Source of the DNA: Octopus vulgaris
Lineage: Eukaryota
Direction of reading: 5' to 3'
DNA length: 64,000 nucleotides
NCBI GenBank assembly: GCA_951406725.2
Contig: OX597815.1
Span: 111,848,001 to 111,912,000, forward strand
Made by a program: the position numbers and the translations under genes. Under the pieces are notes generated by a model. The model worked only from the letters and a program-made list of their open reading frames with translations, made no database searches and was not told the origin of the DNA. Positions within the stretch are counted from its first letter, which is position 1. Every line of letters starts with the position of its first letter. Shown here one piece after another: positions 13,820 through 25,661 of this stretch.

Positions 13820-14040
13820 CAAAAATAATGAAAACAATATGTTGATTTCCCTGGAAGTCAAAATGAAATTAATTAATGAATCACAAAAGTGAAAGAGCTC
13901 AACAGTACAGCAGTTAACGTTGACCCATTTTACAGTTAATAAGTCATAGCACAATTGGAACAAACGCAAAATTGCTTTGCCATTACAATCAACTCTAAAT
14001 TCAATGGATTCAAAGAAACATTACAAATATGCTGTAACAT
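13820..14040 (+). mobile_element. Possible Tigger/pogo (CENP-B-like HTH) N-terminal fragment
   Basis: LISLEVKMKLINESQK* resembles pogo/Tigger N-termini; mirrored at ~9360-9590. Confidence 0.4.
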
Positions 14041-14707
14041 AATAAATGAAAAATAACATAAAAACCTTCATTAATTTGGATACAAGCAAAACTGGAATCT
14101 AGTCGGTTTGGCTGCCAGCATTTCAAAAATTATAACGGAAATTTTAAAATTTGATATAATAATATACTTTTCCCCGCTGAAATGCTGGAGTTATTTCAGT
14201 TTTTCCAGAAAAATATTTCTAGAAAGTTATAGATGTTTAAATGTTGATCATTTCTACCCAGTCAAGAAACAGGATTTGGAAGCCGCCATTTTGTGCGTGG
14301 TTGTACATTTTGTCGTTAGCATCTTGAAAATAACACGTGTTCTCAATATTTGTAAACAACGCGTGTTTTTTAGTTTGACGGATTCAATATGCATTTAATG
14401 CGATAGACGAACGTTATTTAGCTGTTATTTATAGCACACCTCACAAATACATCAATGACAAAAAGAAACGAGTAAATATGTAGTTTTAAGCATTCAATAT
14501 GTATTTAATGCAAATGCAGTAACATATAATGCAATAAACACATTGCAATTTTCCAGACAAAAGGTTGCAATACAATTTTAGCAGACAAATTAGATGCAAG
14601 TTCTCCGTAGTTTTCATTCATGCAAATAAATGTTTACGTTAATTTTAAAATTTACCAGTAAAATCTTACAAAATGACAATGTTCTAAAAGATGTATATGT
14701 TTATATG

Positions 14708-14760
14708 TTTTTTTCTCCAGTTTCAGCTCAGAGCTGCGGCCATGCTGATGCACCACCGTT
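14708..14760 (-). mobile_element. Isolated LINE/SINE 3' tail
   Basis: Minus strand reads AACGGTGGTGCATCAGCATGGCCGCAGCTCTGAGCTGAAACTGGAGAAAAAA, like the tails at 12820-12870 and 24041-24100. Absent from the left arm. Confidence 0.7.
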
Positions 14761-14899
14761 ATATACGGAAATTAAAAAGTGAATAAAATATGCTTAAAAA
14801 ACAAACATTTAAACATGCAATAAGCAACATATTACAAAATATTTAAAAATTAAAACGGAAAGTTAGAAATACATTCAGTCACTTACTCAAGCAGATCAC

Positions 14900-15636
14900 A
14901 ATACAGTCTCACGTACTCTCCACTTGTTGTGAGTATGTACCATCTTTCGTTTTAACAAACCTAACGCTGTAGTTCACCGCTACACGCTCAAAATTTTAAC
15001 CATCCATTTCAGGAATGTGAGTGTACGCCCGCCACAAATCGCTGAAAATTGTGGTTCCTGGAAGAATAGAATGACGTATGCATTGTTCCAGTGTGTCACG
15101 ATTTGGACGTGTCGCCGCACACCGGAAAACCTGTCTGGACTCGTGAAACACTCCTCCACAGACCCACTGCTCAGGTAGGATCCTTCTCCGGCTGTACTTA
15201 CGTCTAGGAAAGTCTGTTACATCTATCTGAAAAATCTTTCCAAGACCACCAACTTTAATTGGATGACGGTGCAAGTTCTCCGCACATATTTTTCTAACAT
15301 AGTTGTTATAATCAAAAGCTGTGGTACGGTACATCCACAGTTTTTCAAAACAAAACTGGGCCGAAGTCATTTACTTAACCGATGATTAAAAGGGCCCAAG
15401 TCCTAAAGGAAGGGAGTCACCTTTACACTATGTCTTTCTTTATCGATACAGACTCCATGGATTCTCGGCGCGGTCTCTTCGTACACATAATATATCACCT
15501 TCTTTTACATAGTTTTCTTTTGTGCATAACACCCTTTTTTTGAAGGTACGACACAGTATCCCCCTCCGATTTCAATGTCCCCACCATAGAAGCGATGTTA
15601 CTGGAGCTTGTTGCCATAATCTAACACTAAAATTTC
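14900..15636 (-). mobile_element. Merlin (IS1595/ISXO2-like DDE) transposase pseudogene
   Basis: KVGGLGKIFQID...RRKYSRRR...QWVCGGV...TLEQCIRHSILPGTTIFSDLWRAY, then VNYSVRFV..DGTYSQQVES. Confidence 0.88.
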
Positions 15637-15863
15637 CAACAGTATAGAGCGTCAAACAGTCACGTCCTTTCTAGCAAACAAGAATTCTCACGTTCTGCTT
15701 GCTACTATAGAAACAGGTGATATGAGATCACCATGTCACGCACATATGGTTCTGATGCTTGTGCATAGTGTACCCTTATCAGACGGGTAGTCATGATGGG
15801 TATATTGGGCTTCGTATATTTTACCCCACTGTCACTTTGATGGCATGCAATGCTCTCGCACTC

Positions 15864-15941
<78 letters not shown>

Positions 15942-15949
15942 AATAATAA
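15864..15949. repeat. (AAT)n(GAT)n microsatellite
   Basis: Direct reading. Confidence 0.95.
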
Positions 15950-16420
15950 CCTCAAACTTTATGGTAAAGATAAAGCCCAATCAGTTCCTTCGTTGATAGG
16001 GTGTATACTTTCAGTGCTGATATCAGAATGGAGTTGGGACTGAGAAAGTGTGGTGTGTTAGTCTTGAAGAGAGGCAAAATCAAATGTATGAACGGGCGAA
16101 CGATACCGTCGGGGGGAGGTTATGAAGCAGATATAAGAGACGGACTATAAGTACTTGGGGATTTGGGAAATGGATAAATTGATGGAGAAAGAAATGACAG
16201 AAAAATTTTAGGTGGAGTACTTGCGCAGACTTAAGCCGAAATTAAACGGACGGTATAAGCTTGACGCTATCAACACCTGGGCGGTTTCAATCCTTCGATA
16301 TGGAGCAACGTTAATTGCATGGACAGTAGACGAACGAAACAGCTTAGAGACTATATGTAACAACTAATTGAGGTGGAAGAGGACTTATTGGATGCGAACA
16401 CGCATGTCGTGCGTTGTCTG
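15945..16420 (+). mobile_element. R4/Dong-like LINE RT fragment starting at an (AAT)n tract
   Basis: LKLYGKDK...FSADIRMELGLRKCGVLVLKRGK...YKYLGI...AINTWAVSILRYGA across frameshifts. Confidence 0.75.
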
Positions 16421-16844
16421 AAGGGCGTGTGGATGTGTGAGTGTGGCTATGTGAACGGGTGAGTGTGCTTGTGTGTGTATGAATCGGTGAGGCTGTGTGG
16501 GAATGTGTGCATGGACGGAGTGGGAATGTGTTTATGCGTGTGTGTACATGTGTATTGCTGTGTTTGTGCCCATATTTGTGTGTCATTCTGTTGCTCTTGA
16601 TCTCTCTCTGTATAAAAGTGTGTGTGTAATTATCTCTATGTGTCACTCTGGAAGTGTGTGTGCATGCGTGTACATGTGTATCACTCTGCTGCGTGTGTGT
16701 CGAAGTGTGTGTACGTGCGTATATATATGTGTATATGTATGTCTATGTGTGTATGTGTGTGCGTTATGAGTGAGTTGGGTATGTGTAAATGACTAAAGAT
16801 AAGATAAGTTAAAATGTTAATTTTAAGGTAGTTGTAGGGATAGT

Positions 16845-17087
16845 CATTGAGATGAGGGATTGTGTTGAGTTAGAAAGGAGTTTCAGCATGAAGAGTAAAG
16901 ATGTAACGCTCTTTCAGGTGGAGTCTACATTTGGTGGATCCATCGTGTAGGTCAGAGCCGAAGAAGGCAATATCTGAGGTGGAGTGGTTGGCCAAGCGAA
17001 AATGACGGGCGACGGCGGTGTTCGTCAGTAGACGAACGTCTCATAGATGTTCGGTGAACCGTTCGGCTTGATGGTGGCCTGTCTCAC
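16845..17087 (-). pseudogene. PLE GIY-YIG C-terminal fragment
   Basis: GETGHHQAERFTEHL*DVR...VARHFRLANHSTSDI...KERYIFTLHAETPF*LN. Confidence 0.75.
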
Positions 17088-17147
17088 CTGCGAAAAGAGA
17101 TTAAACCTGATGCACTAAATAAGGGTGGAGGAAGTGCAGGAGAAAGA

Positions 17148-17196
<49 letters not shown>

Positions 17197-17334
17197 GAGA
17201 GAGAGAGAGAGAGACTGGAATCAAAATTTAACATATATATATATGTATATATATTGATAAAAATAGTAAAACAAGAAAAGAAAGAAAGAAACCTCGATAT
17301 TATGTAAATAGAGGAATTTATCTGTAAATGTAAA

Positions 17335-17930
17335 ATGTGACAATTATTCGGTAGCCATGACAAAACTCCATGTTTCGGATGCCGAGGTGGAAAACCACGC
17401 CCCCACATATAGGTATGTGCGTATATAGACGTGGTTTACTCTTTGTAAACTCCCTTATGCCCTTTTCTGTATTGCTACCCTTAGCCCTGGCTTTTCTTGT
17501 GCTTGTGCGTATATAGACGTGTGTAGGAACCTTTACGGCGCGTGTGAATGTGTGTGTGTGGGGGGGGGTTGTATGTATATACATATACATTTGGCGAATG
17601 GTGATAGTGAGGATGTGTGCGTTTTTATGTGAGGGTGGATGAACATATACTTTTAGGCGCACGCACGTGGTTATGCGGGCGCGCATGTATAAGAATAAAC
17701 ATGCACGCTTACGTGAATACTCTGAAATTATTTTACCCCCATACTTAGCGGTCATTCGAATAGTTCTTTTGTCTTATTAACGGTCAATCACATAGTAATT
17801 TCCCTTTGTATAACGGTCATTTTTCATAGCATTTTTCCGATGACCGGATAACTGAAGAGATGGTGGCGTGGTTTTCCACCTCGGCATCCGAAACTCAGAG
17901 TTTTATCCTGGCTACCGAATAATTGCCACA
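17335..17930. repeat. Fold-back unit (arms ~17335-17400 / 17866-17930) containing a hammerhead
   Basis: CAATTATTCGGTAGCC...GGATGCCGAGGTGGAAAACCACGC is the reverse complement of 17866-17925. Confidence 0.85.
17846..17908 (+). ncRNA. Type I hammerhead ribozyme
   Basis: Stem I GGATAA/TTATCC, core CTGAAGA, stem II GATG...CATC, GAAA, short stem III ACT/AGT, predicted cleavage after GUU. Confidence 0.65.
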
Positions 17931-18136
17931 TATTACATATATATATATATATATATAGATATATATATATATGGGTGTGTGTGATTGTGTATAGAAGAAT
18001 ATATTAATAAAAAGAATTCCAACCTTGTCTGATTTTCACGTTTTATTTACAATCTTATAATGATATATTATAAGATAATATATTATAATTGAATAAAATA
18101 AAATGAAATAGTTGAATGTTAAATATTCATTCTGAT

Positions 18137-18181
18137 TGAACTAGTACTTTCATGCATTGAATTCTGCAATCTTCGGGTTCA
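18137..18181 (-). ncRNA. Minimal type I hammerhead (U4C core) downstream of a PLE ORF
   Basis: TGAAC-CCGAAGA-TTGCA-gaattcaa-TGCAT-GAAA-GTAC-TA-GTTCA, with palindromic stem III AGTACT. Confidence 0.65.
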
Positions 18182-18675
18182 TGTAGTAGTGTTGACAGTC
18201 ATGCTTCACAATTTTTGACTGTAGCAAGATGAGTGATTCTGTGCTATAAATACAGCTGGGTAGGCTCCAGAGTGCTAGGTTTTGCAAACTGTATTCTGAC
18301 CAATCAGTGTGTAGTATCACTCAATTACTTAAGCTGATTGGTTGGTTGAGCTGATTGGTTTAGGCATCACGCTTTGTTGGACAGGTCAAGAGTCCTGTAT
18401 CTTGACCCTGGCCGAAGCAGCAATTGTTGGGTTATTTTTAGAAATGTTGTAAATATCCTTTGTCAGAGATTTTTATATTTTTATATTTCAATTGTCATCA
18501 TCATCATTGTCAGCACCTTAATTATTGTTGCTAGTGGTGATGGTGGTGGCAATAGAACTTTTAACCCTAAATAAGATAATTTTCCTGCTATCTTCGTCTT
18601 GATCACCTTTAGTATTGTTGTTGTTGTTAGTGGTCATGGTCGTAGCAGTGGAAGTAATACCTCTAAGTATTATTA

Positions 18676-19739
18676 TTATTGCTTATTTAGCTTGGGTTCG
18701 AATTTATCAATAAAATTCTTTTCTCTGATTTTCCTCTCGATTTCACTTGGGCTGTGTAATTTGTAGAATGGAAATATTATATATATTTTCCGACCACATG
18801 TTGCTAGGTGGTTACTCAAAGGTATCTGACGGACCTCTGGGTCTCTAATCTGTTGCCGGTGTACACGTGAGCGTTCTAATAGTGCGTTTCCCGTCTGACC
18901 TACATATATTTCTTCACAATTTGGGCATTTGATGCAGTAAATTAAATTTCTGCTTTTGCAGTTCATATTCGCGTTTGTGAATATTTTCCCGGTTTTTGTG
19001 TTTATATATTGACCGGTATGTATGAATTGGCATGTGCCACATCGGCTATCATTGCATTTAGATACCGTGAATGTTTGGTCTTTGTTGCTGAGGTCAAATT
19101 TTGCCTTTGTTAGTAATGTTTTCAAGTTTTTAGGCTGTCTTTTACTAAGCACCATAGCTCGATCCTTGATTATGTCTTTTAATTCATTACTTTGGGCAAT
19201 GATTGGTAGGTTTGCTTTGGCAATGTTGAAGATATTCTGGTGACATGGGTTGTGTGTCACTATGAATGGTATGACTTGTTCTTGTTTTCCTCTTCCTTGG
19301 GTTGTCCTAAGTTGTTGTATATGTATTTTTATAGCCCGCTGTATGCCATTTTCTATAAGTAGAGATGGGTATTTTTGTTTGAGCAAAAATTCTCTTAGTT
19401 CTATTAGGCGTTTGTTCCTGATATTTGCATCTTCTACAATAGTACAAATTCTTCTGGCTAGGCAGTATGGGATGTTACGTTTTGTATGTGGTGGATGGCA
19501 CGACTTAAAATTTAGGTATTGATGTGTGTCTGTGTGTTTATAGTATATATCTGTGGTGATGGTGGTGTCTTTTTTAATTACCATTATATCCAGGAATGGT
19601 AATTTGGTACTACTCATCTCCTTTGTAAATTTGAGAGATGGGTGTAGGTTGTTCAGGAGGATATTGAACTCTTCCAGAGTATTTAGAGATTCTGTCCAGA
19701 TTATGAAACAGTCGTCTAGGTATCTCTTCCATGCCTTTT

Positions 19740-19745
<6 letters not shown>
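18676..19745 (-). mobile_element. 5'-truncated Penelope-like retroelement: uninterrupted RT C-terminus + GIY-YIG
   Basis: The frame extends upstream of the listed 313-aa ORF to WKRYLDDCFIIW. It contains LPFLDI, YYKHTDTHQYL, the CNDSRCGTC linker, LIYCIKCPNC, YVGQTG and PKLN. Confidence 0.95.
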
Positions 19746-19774
<29 letters not shown>

Positions 19775-19859
19775 GCGACAATTATTCGGTAGCGTCCACC
19801 CCGACATCCAAAACTCGGAGTTTTATCATCGCTAGCGAATAATTGTCACATATTATATA

Positions 19860-19936
<77 letters not shown>

Positions 19937-19940
<4 letters not shown>

Positions 19941-20163
19941 GTGGCAATCATTTGGTAGCCATGATAAAACTCCGAGTTTCGGATGTCGGGGTGGACGCCC
20001 GCACCAACATCACTTCAGTTATCGGGTCATCAAAAAATGTTATCTGTGTGAACGGGTAGCATTTTTTGATGGCCCGATAACTGAAGAGATGGCGATGCGG
20101 TTTTCCGCCCCGACATCCTAAACTCGGAGTTTTACTATGGCTACCCAACAATTGTCACATATA
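19937..20163. repeat. ~225-bp imperfect palindrome holding two back-to-back hammerhead copies
   Basis: The minus copy (~19962-20024) has CTGAAGT and the plus copy (~20075-20135) has TAAA in place of GAAA. Same family as 17846; a partial copy lies at 19771-19855. Confidence 0.85.
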
Positions 20164-20235
20164 TTTACAGATAAATCCCTCTATTTACATAATATCGAGG
20201 TCTCTTTTATTCTTTTGTTTCCTTACCATTACTAT

Positions 20236-20277
<42 letters not shown>

Positions 20278-20699
20278 GATTCCAGTCTATTGTTTTCCGT
20301 TTTTTATTTACTCTGTTTTCATATTCTTATACTTCATAGTCTTCTTTAATTAGTGTCAAATAAACCAGTGCATGCTATCTTTTCAACTATTTTTTCTTTG
20401 ACATCTTACATGAACTTTTACGTTGACAGTAAAATACAAATAAACATGCAAGCATGTATGTAGGTGTATGCAAGTATCTATGTTCTTCATATGCACAAAA
20501 ACAAATGACACACCTCAAAACGCCAATATAATTATTGATTCATTAAGAATCAATATGGTTAAATCGCTTGGCAAAGATGGCAATAAGAAATATAAATGTA
20601 TTTATACAATTTCAACTTAAATTTGACAGTTTGCATGAAAGGAAGAGAAAACACAATATTCCATCCAGAAAAAAAAGGTAATTAAAAATATTAACTAGA

Positions 20700-21545
20700 T
20701 TATGTCTGGGAGATAATAATTTACTCAAAATAGCCACCCTCAGTTTTCACCATTGCCTCAAAACGGGTTCGAGACATGGCATGGTGCACGCATTCTTCAA
20801 TGTGTCCATGGGAAGATCTTCGAAAGACTTCTTGACCTTGGCGACCAGTTCAGCTTTGGTACTGCAGGCAGATTGGTTGGTGTCATTCTCAACCACAACA
20901 CGTTCATAGTAATCTACAGGATTACAATTGGGGAATTAGGAGAGCAGAAATTTTAGGCTGGGGAAGTCGTAGAAGTTATCCAACAATTAATGTTTTTTTT
21001 CGGAGGAATGGTAAGTAGTCAAATCTTGCTGCCAAGCGTATGGCCTCCCAGTAGTAACTATATTCAGCCAATATTTAATCACAGTCTCTAGCACCTACAC
21101 ATAGCCGTTGAAAGCCCTGTTCAGAATGCAAGGACGAGCTCCGACATGCAGACGCAGTCTGAACATTCGTTGTGTCCCTTACTACTGGACACGGCTTCGT
21201 AGTCTCTGTTCATGTCGCGTCTAAAAGACTTTACATGGTTCAAAGAGAATGGAGCTGCAGCCACAATTTCGGGATTTTGACACCCGGTTCAAATCATTAT
21301 GGTACAGGTAAATCTCATTCAATATTCAGGAGCTTTCCAGTACTCCATGTTATCTAACCTTTTCTCGGCTATGCTTTTAAACTTTATGCTTTCTAATGCC
21401 GTTGACTGTTCGTCAAAAATGGAGACATGAAAAAGTTATCACATTTAGCCTGAACATCCTGGAGAACCAGAAGGAAAAAAGTAATTCTCCACTAATACTA
21501 AATTTGTAGTGAAAGAGGTGCAAAATTTTCTTACGACATCCATAT
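20700..21545 (-). mobile_element. Tc1/mariner-superfamily remnant (DD37D/maT-like)
   Basis: RPYAWQQDLTTYH and SPNS/NCNPVDYY...VENDTN...RTRFEAMVKTEGGYFE*, frameshifted. Confidence 0.7.
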
Positions 21546-21720
21546 TATAAAAATACCTATATGTGTATCTGTGTGCGTGTGCTTGTATTCTTTGTGTCTA
21601 TGAGTATATGAGGACACACACGTACACCCACATACACACATATACATATATACATGTACACACATATATATATATATATATACTTACATACATAATATAT
21701 AAATACACACATATGAATAT

Positions 21721-21754
<34 letters not shown>

Positions 21755-21757
<3 letters not shown>

Positions 21758-22850
21758 AAATTAGAGAATGGAGAAACATACTTAAATCAATAAAACATTA
21801 ACTATCAGATGATACCCAATCAATACTTTAATACACCATTACATATCAGTAAAGGTATTATACAAAATATACAGTAAGAGTAAATAGACAAAGAGATATA
21901 AGTATAAAATTTCAAATATAATATGTAATTAAATCAAATCTGACAGCTGTTTCGGCAGTGAGGGCAGTCATACCTCATTTAACCTATAAGCCATAAAGGC
22001 AGGTATAAATGAGGCATTAACAAGGATGCCCCACGGCCTCTTCAGAGAATTAAATTTGTTATAATTGTGAAAAAGATTATTTAACCATATACATATAAAT
22101 ATAAAAATATAAACATGTAAAATATAAAAACTTATACATAAACTTCATAATGCTACACTTATATAATATAATACTCATTGGTACAATAATGGAAGGTAAA
22201 CAGAACAAAATAAAACAAAATATATATCAGTGTATATATTAAGCACCGATATTATACATATTTGGCTAATAGTTAAAAAAAAACAAAAAAACTAACACAT
22301 AGGGAGATGAAAAATAATAATTAAAACCATGGTTCAGTTCATAATATTATAAAGCTATAAAAGTCAATAAAAATTACTATTAATATTAATAATAATAATA
22401 ATAATAATAATAGATACAGTTATGTTTGCACCAAGTCCATCCTTTCAAGATCGAAATAAGTATGAGTTTAGAAATACTGACCACTAGGTAATGATAATTT
22501 AGATTAATTCGATTGGCTATTGGTTTGAAATTTTAAATCACAAAAGAAATTATACGGTTGGTTAGTCAAGGAACGCCAATATTCACACGCGCATCTACAG
22601 ATCAATCGCACATACACACATTATTATATGTATACACATACACTTATACACATACATAACCACAAGCAACAACTAGCACATAGATAAACAAAAAGGGAAG
22701 CAACTATGCTGCCATTTAGTCCTTCAAAATTATAACTATGCCTCAAATAACGAAAATGATCCACTCATGCATTTCATAAAATATTTATTTAAAGATAGAA
22801 ATATATTTTTAAATATCAGTATGTTATGAAGTCAGATAATATTTCATTGG
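21755..22850 (-). mobile_element. Non-coding HHR-bearing element; direct copy of ~59360-60535
   Basis: Colinear over ~1.1 kb, flanked by TA/CA microsatellites. Confidence 0.9.
21933..22053 (-). ncRNA. Type I hammerhead with ~85-nt extended stem II
   Basis: CTGAAGA-GGC...GCC-GAAA-CAGCTG-TC; palindromic stem III ACAGCTGT; GUC site. Confidence 0.8.
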
Positions 22851-22959
22851 GTATACACACATATATACATATATATACTATGTGTGTATGTATACCTTGT
22901 ATGTATATGCTTATATGTATATATCTGTATCACCGTATCACTCTCTCCTTCTATGTGTG

Positions 22960-23001
<42 letters not shown>

Positions 23002-23695
23002 CATGTGCGTGTTTGTGTATGTGTATGTCAGTGACTGAGTGAGTGTGTGTGTGTGTGCGTACATAATCGTTTGTGTCAAAGAAATGAGCGAGTGCACAGT
23101 ACATGTTCTAGACTGTATGATTTATTGAAATTGAACTTTTATTTCCTGATTCGATTTTCACGCCACAACAATTTTCAGACGAGAAAATTTAATAACTGAT
23201 TATGCGGTATATGTTTTGATTCACTTCACGTATGTGCGTTGTCTTGATTTTGACAGCTTGTCGGCTCACATTTTGAGTTAGCTGTTAGGCTGTTATTTTC
23301 GGGGTTTATTTTTCCTTGGTGGGTTTGTTTTTTCATAGATTTTCAGATCATGAAACGTGGTTTTAATGTGTTTATTGCTTTATATCTACTGAAAATCTCT
23401 GGTAATTTAATGAAGGATGCATGTATATTTTACATATAATGTGTTTTGATATGCATCGTATTACGCTTCTCTATATTGGTGTCACGGAGGGATGTTTTGT
23501 TGTTGAAATTTCTGCTGCGGTTAAAGTTAACCGCAGTTGTTAATTTGTAAGAAGCATAGGTGTAAAACTGATTACACTCATACAAAAACACCTCATTCTA
23601 CGAACGTAATACGTTGCTGAAAATCTGACCATCACGAGAAATCCCTTCAGGGAAAATAAATTTTCGCAATGACTTTTATGTTATCAAATAGCATA

Positions 23696-24100
23696 GGCGT
23701 AGGAGTGGCTGTGTGGTTAGTAGCTTGCTTACCAACCGCATGTTTCCGGGTTCAGTCCCACTCCGTGGCACATTGGGCAAGTGTCTTCTACTATAGCCTT
23801 GGGTCGACTAACGCCTTGTGAGTGGATTTGTTAGGCGGAAACTAAAAGAAGACGTCGTATATATGTATATATATGTGTGTGTGTGTGTGTTTGCGTGTCT
23901 GTGTTTGTCCCCCATCATCATCGCTTGACAATCGATGTTGGTGTGTTTACGTCCCCGTAACTTAGCAGTTCGGCAAAAGAGACCGAAAGACTAAGTAATA
24001 GGCTCACAAAGAATAAGTCCTGGGGTCGATTTGCTCAACTAAAGGCGGTGCTCCAGCATGGCCGCAGTCAAATGACTGAAACAAGTAAAAGAGTAAAAGA
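23696..24100 (+). mobile_element. tRNA-derived SINE (octopod-type)
   Basis: A-box-like TGGCTGTGTGG, B-box-like GGTTCAGTCCC, internal (TG)n, LINE-like tail GGCGGTGCTCCAGCATGGCCGCAG...TAAAAGA repeats. Homolog at 35488. Confidence 0.9.
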
Positions 24101-24799
24101 TTAAGTAAGATTGGGTTCCTTCGGACTTTTTCGAAAAAACAATAGCAAGAACGCAACAGACAATAAGTAACACGATCACCGTTTTACATGAAAGTAATTT
24201 CTTAATATACACAGAATAATTTAGATACATAAAAGCACATACGCATTTTGATGAGGAAAAAACAAATCGTAATATCTTAAGAGTGCGTTCTTACCACAAA
24301 AGATGTTTACAGTTCTATCATTGGTTGTGTTGGAATGTGCATTACAAGGATTATCACGGATAGTGTTTACTCTCTTATAGTTCATTATCACGAACTACAG
24401 CTTGAAAGATGATTAATGTAGCCTAAGGTGTTTGGTGCTTATGGCGCATCATTTCTTTGTGCAGCCAGTGTACGAACTGAATTCATTGTAAACTCCTTGT
24501 ATAATTTATGCTACGTTCACAATTAGGAGTATTATCTGCAAAAATATACAAACATTCTTCTATAAGATATTACCATCGTGTTTATTGACACATTACTCCG
24601 ACGATTCTGACCTTTGATCCATATTCTCCATACTCCCAGGAGTGGTTCCATTTTAAATGTTACATTGGATCTATGAAATTATAAGACCTGGGCAATTGAT
24701 GGAGTAGGTTTAACTATATAGATTGATTCTGCCTAAAACACAAGTGACTATTGATCTTAAGAAGTAATAGTAGTTTTAAATTGTTAACCATTAAAAATT

Positions 24800-24924
24800 A
24801 CGCCATCTGGATTTCCGTAAAAGCGAAATTTGAGACGGAATCCTGAAATTAATGGTCATATAATACAATTTCCGTAAGCGCAAAACTCCGGAACATGAGG
24901 TAGCCGTAATGCGGATGCTGCCTG
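24800..24924. mobile_element. Probable Tigger/pogo-type terminal fragment
   Basis: Ends ...CCGTAATGCGGATGCTGCCTG followed by TA (CAG-type TIR plus TA). Confidence 0.35.
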
Positions 24925-25329
24925 TATTACATTATAGAGAAAATTCTGCTATAGAACACTTCACACTACAAACAAAACACCACGATCAAGGAATAAAATT
25001 AACAACCCTTTAAGAAAGGCGAATTGTATATCAATCATCAAACATAAACACACATGCACATATACACGATCATGCACACGCATGCACAAACGCGCACACA
25101 CATATACACAAACACACACATGCTCGCTCACACATACACATTCTCGCTCAAACACACACACACAAACACGCGCGACCAGAACAGGCTATGCCTTAACCAA
25201 TAAATGTGAACTATTACACACCGTGTTCTCATAGGAACCAGAAATTCGCGCTGACCAGAAACTCAATGAGATAAATAGTCAGTTAAAACATGCTACATGT
25301 GAATGACTTTGTTTGTGCGTGCGTGTGCT

Positions 25330-25383
<54 letters not shown>

Positions 25384-25661
25384 AGTAACAATAGTATTGT
25401 GAATGACTTCCAACGTCGACTTGTAAAGCCATCATCAGACTGATCGTGCATTAGAGTTCAACTTGGCTCTATGGTGTCTCTATGTTATAAGTCTCTGTCG
25501 CGGGTGGAGTTCAATCAAATGATAATTAGGTTCTAAAATGAGTTGTGATAAATTTTATTTGAAATTGTTTTATTGTTCAGAATTCAATCCCGCGTGCGGA
25601 ATTGTAATCGAGTATTACAATTAGATGTGATAGCTTCATCTCTTGGGGTTATTGTTTAGGG

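Larger units (their letters stand above)
13325..15636 (-). repeat. Right arm of the inverted duplication
   Basis: Reverse complement of 7943-10050, with an extra LINE/SINE tail at 14708-14760. Confidence 0.92.

Noticed and set aside
25408-25445. Minus-strand CTGATGA-TGGCT...AGTC-GACGTT
   Set aside because: GAAA is incomplete and there is no stem I; at best a decayed remnant.
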